Origin: Escherichia coli
Lineage (GTDB): Bacteria > Pseudomonadota > Gammaproteobacteria > Enterobacterales > Enterobacteriaceae
Direction: 5' to 3' (one strand)
NCBI RefSeq assembly: GCF_013122565.1
Contig: NZ_CP053258.1
DNA: 64,000 nt
The notes beneath the pieces were generated by a model. It was not told the origin of the DNA. It made no database searches and saw only the letters and a program-made list of their open reading frames with translations. Below are positions 15,394-34,244 of this stretch, piece after piece; the first letter of the stretch is position 1, and each line of letters opens with the position of its first letter. The position numbers were made by a program, and so were the translations under genes.

Positions 15394-15424
15394 AAAAAGG
15401 CTGGTGACCAAAAAGTCACCAGCC
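15394..15424 (-). terminator. rplL-rpoB intergenic attenuator (partial terminator)
   Basis: 10-bp inverted repeat ggctggtgac/gtcaccagcc followed by U-tract on the transcribed strand, between rplL and rpoB. Confidence 0.7.
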
Positions 15425-15463
15425 ATCAGCCTGATTTCTCAGGCTGCAACCGGAAGGGTTGGC

Positions 15464-15829
<366 letters not shown>

Positions 15830-15895
15830 TTAAATTGTTCCTGAATATCAGAATAAGTTTATACGTAAGCGAATGCGTTAAAAAGATAACTGCGA

Positions 15896-16393
15896 TTAAG
15901 CAGCTTCTTTCGCATCGCGTACAGCAGCCAGAGTACGAACCAGTTTGCCAGCCGAAGCTTCTTTCATGGTTGCCATCAGGCGTGCAATTGCTTCTTCGTA
16001 GGTCGGCAGAGTTGCCAGGCGGTCGATCTGAGACGCCGGGATCAGCTCACCTTCAAAGGCAGCGGCTTTGACCTCAAATTTTGCATTCGCTTTCGCGAAC
16101 TCTTTGAACAGACGAGCAGCAGCGCCCGGGTGTTCCATAGAGTATGCAATCAGGGTCGGACCAACAAACGCGTCTTTCAGGCACTCGAACGGAGTACCTT
16201 CAACAGCACGGCGCAGCAGGGTGTTACGAACAACACGCATGTATACGCCAGCTTCGCGACCTGCTTTACGCAGTTCAGTCATTTTATCTACAGTTACGCC
16301 ACGGGAATCCGCAACTACTGCAGACAGCGCGCCTTTGGCTACTTCGCTGACTTCAGCAACAATCGCTTGTTTGTCTTGAAGATTTAAAGCCAT
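15896..16393 (-). CDS. rplJ: 50S ribosomal protein L10
   Basis: 165 aa [18 protein letters not shown]... Confidence 0.99.
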
Positions 16394-16684
16394 TAGCTTT
16401 GCTCCTGGATGTTTGCCAGAGAAAATCTCTGGAACTCACTTCACTCCTCCAAACGGAGAGAGCGTCTTAATTACGGTGAGCAGAAACAAGCCAGAATATA
16501 AAAGAATAATCTTAGCGTTCTGTCACCGTCTACGCAGGGGATTAAGTTTCTTGCGAAACTCCTGCGGTCTTCGACGGAGGCCTGGATAGGCCAGGCTCCA
16601 ACGAACAAATCTTTTTAGCTGCTAACTTTCGTTAGCATACGTGGGGGTAAGATTGTAGACAAAATCACCGCCCACGTAAAGGCA

Positions 16685-17884
<1,200 letters not shown>

Positions 17885-17901
17885 TTACGGGCAAGGCCCA
17901 T

Positions 17902-17940
17902 AAAAACAAAAGGCGCGAAATTGTATTCCAATCTCGCGCC
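17902..17940 (-). terminator. nusG terminator / rplKA leader
   Basis: Stem ggcgcga...tcgcgcc followed by TTTTGTTTTT on the - strand, downstream of nusG stop. Confidence 0.7.
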
Positions 17941-17979
17941 TTGTGCAACGATTAAATCGCCGCTTTTTTGATCGCTGGG

Positions 17980-18525
17980 TTAGGCTTTTTCAACCTGGCT
18001 GAAGTCCAGCTCTACCGGGGTCGCACGACCGAAGATAGAAACAGACACTTTCAGACGAGATTTCTCGTAATCCACTTCTTCAACAACACCGTTGAAGTCA
18101 GCGAACGGACCATCATTAACACGGACCATTTCACCCGGTTCAAACAGCGTTTTCGGACGCGGCTTATCACCAACCTGCTGCAGGCGGTTCATAATCGCAT
18201 CGACTTCTTTATCGCTGATTGGCGCAGGACGATCGGAAGTACCGCCGATGAAGCCCATCACACGCGGTACGCTGCGCACCAGGTGCCAGCTCGCGTCGTT
18301 CATCACCATCTGAACGAGGACGTAGCCAGGGAAGAATTTACGTTCGCTTTTGCGACGCTGACCGCCACGGATTTCAACCACTTCTTCGGTTGGTACCATG
18401 ACTTCACCAAACAAATCTTCCATGTTGTGTAATTTGATATGCTCACGCAGCGACGTTGCTACGCGGCCTTCAAAACCGGAAAACGCCTGAACGACGTACC
18501 AGCGCTTTTTAGGAGCTTCAGACAT
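17980..18525 (-). CDS. nusG: transcription antitermination factor NusG
   Basis: 181 aa [25 protein letters not shown]... Confidence 0.98.
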
Positions 18526-18526
18526 C

Positions 18527-18910
18527 TCAGAACCTCAGGCCAGTGATAAAGGATACCAGGCGAACCAGAATACCATCCAGTCCCCACAGGATCAGTGACA
18601 TTACTGCGGTAACCGCAGCCACAATCAGCGTGGTGTGCAATGTTTCCTGGCGAGTCGGCCAAATGACCTTACGGACTTCGGTACGCGCTTCACGGGCAAA
18701 AGCAACGGTAGCTTTACCTTTTGTCGTTAACAGCGCGACACCACCCGCTGCAGCAATCAGAATTACTACGGCCAGCGCACGCAGCGGCAGCATAATGTCG
18801 CGATAAAGATAGTTGCCGACAATCGCCACCAGGAGCAATGCCACCACAACGACCCACTTCATCGCTTCCAGGCCGCGCCCGCTTCCTTGAGCTTCGGTAT
18901 TCGCACTCAT
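18527..18910 (-). CDS. secE: preprotein translocase subunit SecE
   Basis: 127 aa membrane ORF immediately upstream of nusG. Confidence 0.97.
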
Positions 18911-19082
18911 AAACCAACCTGTCAGAAGTTTTCTACAAACATTTTCACCCCGCGATCGCGAGGCAAACCAAATCGAAACGCGTATTAGCTTTTCGGATTA
19001 TACGCCCTCAACAGAGCCTGTCTCAGCAATGATTATGACAAAGAAAATCACTGATGAGCCAGGTTCTGGTACGAAAGCGTGC

Positions 19083-19110
19083 AAAAAGGGCATCAAATGA
19101 TGCCCTTTTA
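19083..19110 (-). terminator. tufB terminator
   Basis: Hairpin gggcatca-tttg-atgccc followed by U-run on - strand, 30 nt after tufB stop. Confidence 0.75.
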
Positions 19111-19139
19111 GTGCGCATTGCGTCAAATGTTATCGGCAA

Positions 19140-20360
<1,221 letters not shown>

Positions 20361-20438
20361 TCACCACATCAACCAGGCAACATGCCCGACTTGTTGAATG
20401 CAATAAACAGAAGGAAAAAACAGGGAGGAGAAAAGAAG

Positions 20439-20514
20439 TGGTGCTGATAGGCAGATTCGAACTGCCGACCTCACCCTTACCAAGGGTGCGCTCTACCAAC
20501 TGAGCTATATCAGC
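20439..20514 (-). tRNA. thrT: tRNA-Thr
   Basis: Reverse complement reads GCTGATATAGCTCAGTTGGTAGAGC...ATCAGCACCA (76 nt, CCA encoded). Confidence 0.95.
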
Positions 20515-20520
20515 ACATCT

Positions 20521-20595
<75 letters not shown>

Positions 20596-20711
20596 ATCCT
20601 GGAACTCGGCTACCTGATTTTCATTCTGCACTGAATATCGAGAGAAGCTCTCTTTATTCGAGCCGGTAAGCGAACTTATCGTCTCGGGCTACGCCATCGC
20701 GTGGCCGAAAT

Positions 20712-20796
<85 letters not shown>

Positions 20797-20804
20797 GGAC
20801 TTGA

Positions 20805-20880
<76 letters not shown>

Positions 20881-20894
20881 ATCAAGTAGCGCGC

Positions 20895-20945
20895 ATTCTA
20901 TGGAGACATGCGAGTTCATGCAACTAAAAAATTGCATAATTTGTT
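20895..20945 (-). promoter_or_regulatory. thrU-tyrU-glyT-thrT-tufB operon promoter
   Basis: On - strand TTGCAT, 17-nt spacer, TAGAAT, ending about 8 nt before the thrU 5' end; A/T-rich UP-like tract upstream. Confidence 0.7.
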
Positions 20946-21240
20946 TTGTTGGTCACATTTTATGCGACACGATGAAGAAACAGCCGAATGGAGGGCAGAT
21001 TAGCACACTTTTTCAACATGATGTGCTCAACAATGCGCTCCTGCTAAACCATAATTCTTTTTATCAGATGGAATATCTGTCACATTGCTTTTCAACGATA
21101 GCTTCCTGGGAGAGATTTTTTCTTATTATTCCTCCCCATCTGGTGTTACCCTCCTGCCCATTAACCCATTCAACAGAACTGTGACGCGCCATGGCAAATA
21201 TCGCTTTGCCGATAGAGCTATGACCGCCAGAAACATGCTT

Positions 21241-22191
21241 ATGAGTATAAAAGAGCAAACGTTAATGACGCCTTACCTACAGTTTGACCGCAACCAGTGG
21301 GCAGCTCTGCGTGATTCCGTACCTATGACGTTATCGGAAGATGAGATCGCCCGTCTCAAAGGTATTAATGAAGATCTCTCGTTAGAAGAAGTTGCCGAGA
21401 TCTATTTACCTTTGTCACGTTTGCTGAACTTCTATATAAGCTCAAATCTGCGCCGTCAGGCAGTTCTGGAGCAGTTTCTTGGTACCAATGGGCAACGCAT
21501 TCCTTACATTATCAGTATTGCTGGTAGTGTCGCGGTGGGGAAAAGTACAACCGCCCGTGTATTGCAGGCGCTATTAAGCCGTTGGCCGGAACATCGTCGT
21601 GTTGAACTGATCACTACAGATGGCTTCCTTCACCCTAATCAGGTTCTGAAAGAACGAGGTCTGATGAAGAAGAAAGGCTTCCCGGAATCGTATGATATGC
21701 ATCGCCTGGTCAAGTTTGTTTCCGATCTCAAGTCCGGCGTGCCAAACGTTACAGCCCCTGTTTACTCGCATCTTATTTATGATGTGATCCCGGATGGAGA
21801 TAAAACTGTTGTTCAGCCTGATATTTTAATTCTTGAAGGATTAAATGTCTTACAGAGCGGGATGGATTATCCACACGATCCACATCATGTATTTGTTTCT
21901 GATTTTGTCGATTTTTCGATATATGTTGATGCACCGGAAGACTTACTTCAGACGTGGTATATCAACCGTTTTCTGAAATTCCGCGAAGGGGCTTTTACAG
22001 ACCCGGATTCCTATTTTCATAACTACGCGAAATTAACTAAAGAAGAAGCTATTAAGACTGCCATGACATTGTGGAAAGAGATCAACTGGCTGAACTTAAA
22101 GCAAAATATTCTACCTACTCGCGAGCGCGCCAGTTTAATCCTGACGAAAAGTGCTAATCATGCGGTAGAAGAGGTCAGACTACGCAAATAA
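21241..22191 (+). CDS. coaA: pantothenate kinase
   Basis: 316 aa from [20 protein letters not shown]... with P-loop GSVAVGKST; ORF track extends 52 codons upstream. Confidence 0.95.
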
Positions 22192-22197
22192 TTTTCA

Positions 22198-22225
22198 GGG
22201 GAGCTAATGCTCCCCTTTCTTATTT
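22198..22225 (+). terminator. coaA terminator
   Basis: Hairpin aggggagc-taat-gctcccct followed by T-rich tract. Confidence 0.6.
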
Positions 22226-23185
22226 TTATGCACTACGCAGGGATATTTCACCGCCCATCCAGGGTTTTATTATTCCATCCTGCTCAAGCAATAAAGCGCC
22301 CTGTTTGTCTATTCCGCGTGAAATGCCAAATATTTCTTTATCACCAATGATAAGTTTCACTGGGCGATTAATAAAATTATCCAGCTTTTCCCAGCGCGAA
22401 AGATAAGGTGCCAATCCTTCTTGTTCGAAGAGTTCCAGCGCCGCGCGTAATTCACGTATTAGCATGGCCGCCAACGTATTACGATCGAGATTGATCCCCG
22501 CTTCCTGCAGCGTGATCCACCCCTGATTAACGACACTCTCTTCAACACGACGCATTGCCATGTTGATACCGGCTCCAATGACTATTTGCGCCGCATCGCC
22601 GGTTTTACCAGTCAGCTCCACAAGAATGCCTGCCAGCTTGCGATCCTGCAGATAGAGGTCATTAGGCCATTTAACACGAACTTTATCTGCACCCAGCTTG
22701 CGTAATACTTCCGCCATCACGATACCGATAACCAGACTTAAACCAATCGCCGCCGCCGGGCCTTGTTCCAGACGCCAGAACATCGACAAATATAAGTTTG
22801 CGCCAAAAGGCGAAAACCATTTCCGACCCCGGCGACCACGGCCAGCCTGCTGGTATTCTGCAACGCAGGCATCGCCCGATTTAAGCTCTCCGATACGATC
22901 AAGAAAGTACTGATTCGTGGAGTCAATCACTGGCAGCACGGCTACACTACCGCCATCCAGCTGACCCAATATCTGTTTAGCATTAAGTAACTGGATAGGC
23001 TCAGGCAGGCTGTATCCTTTACCCGGAACGGTAAAGACATCAACGCCCCAGTCACGCAGTGTCTGAATGTGTTTATTAATAGCCGCCCGACTCATTCCTA
23101 ACGTTTCACCCAACTGCTCACCTGAGTGAAATTCGCCATTCGCTAACAGCGCGATTAATTTCAGCGGAACGGTATTATCCTTCAT
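22226..23185 (-). CDS. birA: biotin-[acetyl-CoA-carboxylase] ligase / bio operon repressor BirA
   Basis: 319 aa [50 protein letters not shown]... (HTH plus ligase). Confidence 0.97.
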   Translation of the reverse strand: MKDNTVPLKLIALLANGEFHSGEQLGETLGMSRAAINKHIQTLRDWGVDVFTVPGKGYSLPEPIQLLNAKQILGQLDGGSVAVLPVIDSTNQYFLDRIGELKSGDACVAEYQQAGRGRRGRKWFSPFGANLYLSMFWRLEQGPAAAIGLSLVIGIVMAEVLRKLGADKVRVKWPNDLYLQDRKLAGILVELTGKTGDAAQIVIGAGINMAMRRVEESVVNQGWITLQEAGINLDRNTLAAMLIRELRAALELFEQEGLAPYLSRWEKLDNFINRPVKLIIGDKEIFGISRGIDKQGALLLEQDGIIKPWMGGEISLRSA

Positions 23186-24210
23186 GAAATCGTCTCCACT
23201 GCGCTAACTTCACCTGATGCACCAATAAAGCGAACTTCAGGCTCAAGCCAGACATTAAATTTTTCACCCACTTTTTGTCTTACATGGTGCGCCAGTTGCA
23301 CCACATCTTCGCTTTTTGCATTGTCTTCATTAATGAGAACTAACGCCTGTTGACGGTGCACCGCTGCACCACCCATTTGCATCCCTTTTAGCTGGCACTG
23401 ATCGATAAGCCAACCTGCTGCCAGTTTTACTGAACCATCCACCTGGGGGTAATTTGGTGCTGTTGGAAATTGTGCCAGTAATGCTTTAGCCGTTTCGGCA
23501 GACACAACAGGGTTTTTGAAGAAACTACCGGCATTGCCATTCACTTTTGGGTCAGGAAGTTTGGTGGTGCGCATATGACACACCGCATCAAATACTTGCT
23601 GTGGCGTTATTGTTGCAGGATCCAGACGAGTTAAGTCACCATACGTTAGTACAGGTTGCCACTCTTTTGGCAGACGCAGACCTACGGCTACAATGGCGAA
23701 GCGATCCTGGTATTCATGTTTAAAAATACTGTCGCGATAGCCAAAACGGCACTCTTTGGCAGTTAAGCGCACTTGCTTGCCTGTCACCAGTTCAACACAA
23801 TCAACATAAGCGCAAACTCGCTGTAATTCTACGCCATAAGCACCAATATTCTGGATAGGTGATGAGCCGACACAACCAGGAATTAATGCCAGATTTTCCA
23901 GACCTGGCATACCTTCCTGCAAAGTGTATTTTACCAGGCGATGCCAGTTTTCCCCTGCCCCCACATGTAAATACCACGCATCAGGTTCATCATGAATTTC
24001 GATACCTTTGATCCGGTTGATGATCACCGTGCCGCGATAGTCTTCCAGAAAAAGTACATTACTTCCTTCACCCAGAATAAGAGCGGGTTGTCCTTTTGCG
24101 GTTGCATGCTGCCAGGCATTGAGTAGTTGTTGTTCGTCTTCGGCACATACAATGTGCTGAGCATTATGATCAATGCCAAATGTGTTCCAGGGTTTTAAGG
24201 AGTGGTTCAT
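23182..24210 (-). CDS. murB: UDP-N-acetylenolpyruvoylglucosamine reductase MurB
   Basis: 342 aa ORF; 4-bp overlap with birA start. Confidence 0.97.
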   Translation of the reverse strand: MNHSLKPWNTFGIDHNAQHIVCAEDEQQLLNAWQHATAKGQPALILGEGSNVLFLEDYRGTVIINRIKGIEIHDEPDAWYLHVGAGENWHRLVKYTLQEGMPGLENLALIPGCVGSSPIQNIGAYGVELQRVCAYVDCVELVTGKQVRLTAKECRFGYRDSIFKHEYQDRFAIVAVGLRLPKEWQPVLTYGDLTRLDPATITPQQVFDAVCHMRTTKLPDPKVNGNAGSFFKNPVVSAETAKALLAQFPTAPNYPQVDGSVKLAAGWLIDQCQLKGMQMGGAAVHRQQALVLINEDNAKSEDVVQLAHHVRQKVGEKFNVWLEPEVRFIGASGEVSAVETIS

Positions 24211-24302
24211 AGCTGCTTTCCTGATGCAAAAACGAGGCTAGTTTACCGTATCTGCGGGGGGATGGCTTGTAGATATGATGACAGGAAAAGTTTGTAGAAA
24301 CG

Positions 24303-24330
24303 CAAAAAGGCCCAGTCTTCCGACTGAGCC
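24303..24330 (-). terminator. rRNA operon terminator
   Basis: On - strand GGCUCAGUC-GGAA-GACUGGGCC hairpin followed by UUUUUGCG, 15 nt after the 5S 3' end. Confidence 0.75.
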
Positions 24331-24344
24331 TTCTGCTTAATTTG

Positions 24345-24464
24345 ATGCCTGGCAGTTCCCTACTCTCGCATGGGGAGACCCCACACTACCATCGGCGCTA
24401 CGGCGTTTCACTTCTGAGTTCGGCATGGGGTCAGGTGGGACCACCGCGCTACGGCCGCCAGGCA
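24345..24464 (-). rRNA. rrfB: 5S ribosomal RNA
   Basis: 120-nt reverse complement TGCCTGGCGGCCGTAGCGCGGTGGTCCCACCTGACCCCATGCCGAACTCAG...GGGAACTGCCAGGCAT. Confidence 0.97.
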
Positions 24465-24556
24465 AATTCTGTTTTATCAGACCGCTTCTGCGTTCTGATT
24501 TAATCTGTATCAGGCTGAAAATCTTCTCTCATCCGCCAAAACACCTTCGGCGTTGT

Positions 24557-27460
<2,904 letters not shown>

Positions 27461-27653
27461 TCACAACCCGAAGATGTTTCTTACGATTCATCATCGTGTC
27501 GCGAAAATTTGAGAGACTCACGAACAACTTTCGTTGTTCAGTGTTTCAATTTTCAGCTTGATCCAGATTTTTAAAGAGCAAATATCTCAAACATCACCCG
27601 AAGATGAGTTTTGAGATATTAAGGCAGGTGACTTTCACTCACAAACCAGCAAG

Positions 27654-27729
27654 TGGCGTCCCCTAGGGGATTCGAACCCCTGTTACCGCCGTGAAAGGGC
27701 GGTGTCCTGGGCCTCTAGACGAAGGGGAC
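27654..27729 (-). tRNA. gltT: tRNA-Glu in the 16S-23S spacer
   Basis: Reverse complement GTCCCCTTCGTCTAGAGGCCCAGGACACCGCCCTTTCACGGCGGTAACAGGGGTTCGAATCCCCTAGGGGACGCCA. Confidence 0.96.
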
Positions 27730-27814
27730 GTATCAGTCTGCTTCGCAAGACGCCTTGCTTTTCACTTTCTATCAGACAATCTGTGTGAGCACTGCAAAGT
27801 ACGCTTCTTTAAGG

Positions 27815-29356
<1,542 letters not shown>

Positions 29357-29485
29357 AAAAGTTTGATGCTCAAAGAATTAAACTTCGTAATGAATTACGT
29401 GTTCACTCTTGAGACTTGGTATTCATTTTTCGTCTTGCGACGTTAAGAATCCGTATCTTCGAGTGCCCACACAGATTGTCTGATA

Positions 29486-29500
29486 AATTGTTAAAGAGCA
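29486..29500 (-). promoter_or_regulatory. rrn leader boxA antitermination element
   Basis: Reverse complement TGCTCTTTAACAATTTA in the leader upstream of 16S. Confidence 0.7.
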
Positions 29501-29535
29501 GTGCCGCTTCGCTTTTTCTCAGCGGCGCGGGGTGT

Positions 29536-29700
29536 GCATAATACGCTTTCCCGCCACAGAGTCAAGCATTTATTTTTGCTTTCTCTGCCGAAGTTCTCAG
29601 GAGAACCCCGCTGACCCGGCGGCGTGTTTGCCGTTGTTCCGTGTCAGTGGTGGCGCATTATAGGGAGTTATTCCGGCCTGACAAGAGGAAATTTAAAATA
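29536..29700 (-). promoter_or_regulatory. rRNA operon tandem promoters P1 and P2 with UP element
   Basis: P2 -35 TTGACT / -10 TATTATG near 29536-29565; P1 -35 TTGTCA / -10 TATAAT near 29657-29684; A/T-rich UP region just upstream. Confidence 0.8.
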
Positions 29701-29729
29701 ATTTTCCGACCGCGCAACATTCAACCAAA

Positions 29730-30587
29730 TCAGCCTAAAACTGCCAGTTTTTCGAGCGTTCCGAAGCCATAACGTTGTAAAACGGGCATTAATTGTTCAG
29801 CTTCTGGCGTCATTGCCATACAAAAGGCAATATTCGCATCGGCAGATTTTGCATCCGGAGCTTCATGTTCTAACAGCCAGGCCGTTCTGCGAGCAATCGC
29901 TGCGCCAGAATCCACCAGCCGGGTTCCCTCTGGCAGCACCTGTAACAGTTCTTCTTGTAGTAGAGGGAAATGGGTGCAACCCAATACAACGGTATCTGGC
30001 GGCTCTTTCATTCTTAACCACGGGCGTAGGATACGTTTTAGTGCATCCAGAGAAACATCTTCGCCATGCAGCTTCGCTTCAGCCAACTCAACCATCTCTG
30101 CCGAGCCCAGCATTTCTATCTGGCATTCATTAGCGAAACGCGCGATCAGCTCATGAGTATAAGAACGTTTAACTGTTCCGCGGGTTGCCAGTAATCCGAC
30201 AATGCCATTTGCCGTCAGACGTGCAGCAGGTTTAATCGCCGGCACGACACCAACAACCGGGAAGTCGAACTTTTCGCGTAATGCAGGAAGTGAAACGGTA
30301 CTGGCAGTGTTGCAAGCGACCACTGCCAGCGCAAGGGGATAACGTTCTTGCACCGCGGTGACAATTGCCACCACTCGCTCAACAATAAACGCTTCGCTTT
30401 TTTCGCCATACGGGAAAGCGACGTTATCGAAAGCATAAATGTAATGGAGATCCGGTAAGAGATGCCGGATCTCGTCATAGACCGACAACCCACCGACGCC
30501 GGAGTCAAACACCAGCACGGTGGGACGTGGTTCAGAAGGTGTAGCTGCCAGACAAGGTGTATTCCCGTCCTGCAGTTTGGTAGCCAT
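29730..30587 (-). CDS. murI: glutamate racemase MurI
   Basis: 285 aa from [17 protein letters not shown]...; ORF track extends 4 codons upstream. Confidence 0.95.
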   Translation of the reverse strand: MATKLQDGNTPCLAATPSEPRPTVLVFDSGVGGLSVYDEIRHLLPDLHYIYAFDNVAFPYGEKSEAFIVERVVAIVTAVQERYPLALAVVACNTASTVSLPALREKFDFPVVGVVPAIKPAARLTANGIVGLLATRGTVKRSYTHELIARFANECQIEMLGSAEMVELAEAKLHGEDVSLDALKRILRPWLRMKEPPDTVVLGCTHFPLLQEELLQVLPEGTRLVDSGAAIARRTAWLLEHEAPDAKSADANIAFCMAMTPEAEQLMPVLQRYGFGTLEKLAVLG

Positions 30588-32376
30588 AGACTGTCTCATA
30601 ATCTTTGTCGAACAGGTTGGCTATTTTACCACGAACTGTCAGGTGAGAGGTGACCGGATACGCAACCGCAAGATCCCACAAGCTCACACCGCCCATTTTA
30701 ACGGTTTGATAAGGATAAGATGAGTAATCCTTATCATAGCGAGTGCCTAAATACTGATAAGTAATACCCCAGTCGAAGTCATACAACTGCCAGTCGAGCT
30801 GGTATTTCACCTGCTGTTTAGCACGGCGTAACAACGGCGTGTCGGTAATTGCATTGCGCGCATCGACATAATCATAACTCACAGTATGCGTCAGTGGTCC
30901 GGTATCAAAATTGGCGGTCGCCTCGACGCCCTTAATCCGCGCTTTCCCTTCGTTGTAATATTTCAGGGTGTGATCATCATAATCGATCAAGTCACTGACA
31001 TCGTTACGATATCCGGAAATACGCCAGTTCACCCCAGCGGTTAAGCCTTCAAACGCGCCTTCCCACTGTTTGCTTTTCTCCGGGTCCAGATTCGGATTTC
31101 CGTAGAAGCCATACAGTTGCCCCAGATTTGGTGCCTTATAAGATGTCCCGTAGGAAGCAATGAAGCGATAACCTTCGATGAATTCCCAACCGGCGCTGGT
31201 TTGCCAGGTTCCATGACGACCAAACTGTGAGTTATCGTCGCTGCGTGCTGCGCCTTCAAAGGTAAAATCGCCGACTTGTTGCAGCCCGGTCAGATAGATG
31301 CCGGTATTACGTTGATCATATCCATCCTCAACATAACCTGTACCCGGCGTCGTAGTCTGTTTCTGCCAGTCGACACCCGCACCAATACTACCGTGACCAA
31401 CGATGACATTGTTTGCCCACTGGACGGTGTATTGCTTCATCTCATCGAGCGTCGCCGACGAATCATAACGACCATAATGGGGATCGTAGTTGTAATCTTT
31501 GCTATGGCTATAGCTGGTAATGAATTGTGATTTAATCAGTTCGCCGTTATAGCGCAGCCCGGCGTCCCAACTTTGGCTATAGAGTTTACGGGTATCGAGC
31601 AACGGTGAACCGGGAGAATAATACGCGTCATAATTGGTACGGTTATCATAGCCATAGCCGCGCACAAAGCCGCTCCAGGCATCAGTAAAGTTATGCTCCA
31701 GCGCGCCATAAAGCGTTTTACTTAAAAAACCATCGTTATCTGTCTGCGCTTGCGTTCCGGTATTACCATAGGCAACAACATCATAACCATGAGTATGGGC
31801 ATAATCGCCCAACAACGTTACTCGTGTCTTATCCCCCAGTTGTTGCTGTGTAGAGACATCATAGTTCTGGTAACTATTGCTTCCCCACCCTGCTGAAATT
31901 TCCGTTCCGGGTTCATCGCGCGTCGTGATGATATTCACCACCCCGCCTATTGCATCGGAACCATAAACGGCGGAGCGCGGCCCACGGATATATTCAACAC
32001 GCTGGACAAGCGCAATAGGGAACTGGCTAAGGTCGGCAGAACCACTCACCCCCGCCAGATTCAGGCGTACGCCATCAATTAACACCAACACATGACTGGC
32101 ATTTGTACCGCGAATAAAAATAGATGAGAGCTGACCTGAACCGCCGTTTTGGGTGATATCGACGCCCGGAAGACGGCGCAGCACATCATTGACCGAGGTC
32201 GACTGCCAGCGGTCGATATCCTGACGCGTCACAACGGTGGTTGGTGCAAGCACAGTGCTGCGCGGCTGTTCAAAACGGTTAGCAGTAACGACGAGAGTAT
32301 CCGGGCTGGTATCCTGTGCCCAAGCGGAAAAGGCTGTGACAGAACACGCCGTCAGCAGCGAAGCTTTTTTAATCAT
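30532..32376 (-). CDS. btuB: TonB-dependent vitamin B12 outer-membrane receptor BtuB
   Basis: 614 aa from [20 protein letters not shown] (signal peptide), TonB box [10 protein letters not shown]-terminal ...SGSYTF; overlaps murI start by about 56 nt. Confidence 0.96.
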   Translation of the reverse strand: MIKKASLLTACSVTAFSAWAQDTSPDTLVVTANRFEQPRSTVLAPTTVVTRQDIDRWQSTSVNDVLRRLPGVDITQNGGSGQLSSIFIRGTNASHVLVLIDGVRLNLAGVSGSADLSQFPIALVQRVEYIRGPRSAVYGSDAIGGVVNIITTRDEPGTEISAGWGSNSYQNYDVSTQQQLGDKTRVTLLGDYAHTHGYDVVAYGNTGTQAQTDNDGFLSKTLYGALEHNFTDAWSGFVRGYGYDNRTNYDAYYSPGSPLLDTRKLYSQSWDAGLRYNGELIKSQFITSYSHSKDYNYDPHYGRYDSSATLDEMKQYTVQWANNVIVGHGSIGAGVDWQKQTTTPGTGYVEDGYDQRNTGIYLTGLQQVGDFTFEGAARSDDNSQFGRHGTWQTSAGWEFIEGYRFIASYGTSYKAPNLGQLYGFYGNPNLDPEKSKQWEGAFEGLTAGVNWRISGYRNDVSDLIDYDDHTLKYYNEGKARIKGVEATANFDTGPLTHTVSYDYVDARNAITDTPLLRRAKQQVKYQLDWQLYDFDWGITYQYLGTRYDKDYSSYPYQTVKMGGVSLWDLAVAYPVTSHLTVRGKIANLFDKDYETVYGYQTAGREYTLSGSYTF

Positions 32377-32620
32377 TGTAAAGCATCCACAATAGAAGAA
32401 GGATGCCGCAGGTTTCATCAATATTACGCGATGATGAGAACCAGATGCGACGTTGGCCGGCAGGTCTTCGGGCTTGGAGGGGTATCTAAGATACTAAGAG
32501 ATGATGACTTCCCACCGAATGGCAGTGTCCGCATAACGCAATCATCGCACCTTTCCTTACCGCTGCGCGTCAGCTCCAGATTCGCACTGGATTCCCTATT
32601 AACTCACAGGACCGGCAAGT
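32377..32620 (-). promoter_or_regulatory. cobalamin (B12) riboswitch in btuB leader
   Basis: About 240-nt leader containing B12-box (reverse complement AGCCCGAAGACCTGCCGGCC at 32455-32474) and GCCGGTCCTGTGAGTTAATAGGGAATCCAGTGCGAATCTGGAGCTGACGCGCAGCGGTAAGG. Confidence 0.85.
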
Positions 32621-32744
32621 GGATGCTACAGGTTGTAACAAGTTACTGTCCAGACATAGCTCACAAATAGGAATTCATCAAGATCTGGACATCTGATGAG
32701 CAATCCCTACAATCGCCGCGTACTTTAATTTTTCAGGATACATC

Positions 32745-33845
32745 ATGACCCCCGAACACCTTCCAACAGAACAGTATGAAGCGCAGTTAGCCGAAAAAGT
32801 GGTACGTTTGCAAAGTATGATGGCACCGTTTTCTGACCTGGTTCCGGAAGTGTTTCGCTCGCCGGTCAGTCATTACCGGATGCGTGCGGAGTTCCGCATC
32901 TGGCACGATGGCGATGACCTGTATCACATCATTTTCGATCAACAAACCAAAAGCCGTATCCGCGTGGATAGCTTCCCCGCCGCCAGTGAACTCATCAACC
33001 AGTTGATGACGGCGATGATTGCGGGTGTGCGTAATAATCCCGTTCTGCGCCACAAGTTGTTCCAGATTGATTACCTCACCACGCTGAGTAATCAGGCGGT
33101 GGTTTCCCTGCTGTACCATAAAAAGCTGGATGATGAGTGGCGTCAGGAAGCGGAAGCACTGCGCGATGCACTGCGCGCGCAGAATCTGAATGTGCATCTG
33201 ATTGGTCGGGCAACGAAAACCAAAATCGCGCTGGATCAAGATTACATCGACGAGCGTCTGCCGGTCGCAGGGAAAGAGATGATCTATCGTCAGGTAGAAA
33301 ACAGCTTTACCCAGCCGAACGCGGCGATGAATATTCAGATGCTGGAATGGGCGCTGGACGTAACCAAAGGCTCAAAAGGCGATTTACTGGAGCTGTACTG
33401 CGGCAACGGTAACTTTTCATTAGCGCTGGCGCGCAATTTTGATCGGGTATTAGCCACCGAAATCGCCAAACCGTCAGTCGCTGCCGCGCAATACAACATT
33501 GCCGCTAACCATATTGATAACGTACAAATTATTCGTATGGCGGCAGAAGAATTTACTCAGGCGATGAATGGCGTGCGCGAGTTTAACCGCCTGCAAGGGA
33601 TCGATTTAAAGAGTTATCAGTGCGAAACCATTTTTGTCGACCCACCGCGCAGCGGTCTGGACAGTGAAACCGAGAAAATGGTGCAGGCGTATCCACGTAT
33701 TCTGTATATCTCCTGCAATCCGGAAACGTTATGCAAGAATCTGGAAACATTAAGTCAGACGCACAAGGTCGAACGTCTGGCTCTGTTTGATCAGTTCCCC
33801 TACACGCACCATATGGAGTGCGGCGTATTACTGACCGCGAAGTAA
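32745..33845 (+). CDS. trmA: tRNA (uracil54-C5)-methyltransferase TrmA
   Basis: 366 aa [22 protein letters not shown]... Confidence 0.96.
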   Translation: MTPEHLPTEQYEAQLAEKVVRLQSMMAPFSDLVPEVFRSPVSHYRMRAEFRIWHDGDDLYHIIFDQQTKSRIRVDSFPAASELINQLMTAMIAGVRNNPVLRHKLFQIDYLTTLSNQAVVSLLYHKKLDDEWRQEAEALRDALRAQNLNVHLIGRATKTKIALDQDYIDERLPVAGKEMIYRQVENSFTQPNAAMNIQMLEWALDVTKGSKGDLLELYCGNGNFSLALARNFDRVLATEIAKPSVAAAQYNIAANHIDNVQIIRMAAEEFTQAMNGVREFNRLQGIDLKSYQCETIFVDPPRSGLDSETEKMVQAYPRILYISCNPETLCKNLETLSQTHKVERLALFDQFPYTHHMECGVLLTAK

Positions 33846-33884
33846 AACCCATGCCGGATGCATCAGCATCCGGCATGATTCCGA

Positions 33885-34244
33885 TTACTCAGCAACTTCC
33901 TGCTTACGGTTACGCATCTTCGCGCCAATCCAGAACACCATAATGACGGACAGTACTGCCGGGAAGAAGTTAGAGCCGATATCCGGATATTCCGCACGAA
34001 CTACCGTGCTGTACAGCAGTACGCCGAGAATAAAACAGGCAGCTGCCAGACCGGGCAAGCCTACCGGCATGGTGCGATTAAGATAACGTTGATGCAGGCA
34101 GTAAACCGTCAGCACCAGGGAAATAATCGGGAATACAGAAAATGGCACAATGGAGCTAAACAGCGCTGCGAAAGTACCATTAATCGATAAGCCAGCAACC
34201 AACGCCAGCAGCAGCGTACCTCTATCTTGATTTGCTTGTTTCAT
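33885..34244 (-). CDS. yijD: inner-membrane protein YijD (DUF1422)
   Basis: 119 aa hydrophobic ORF directly downstream of fabR. Confidence 0.9.
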
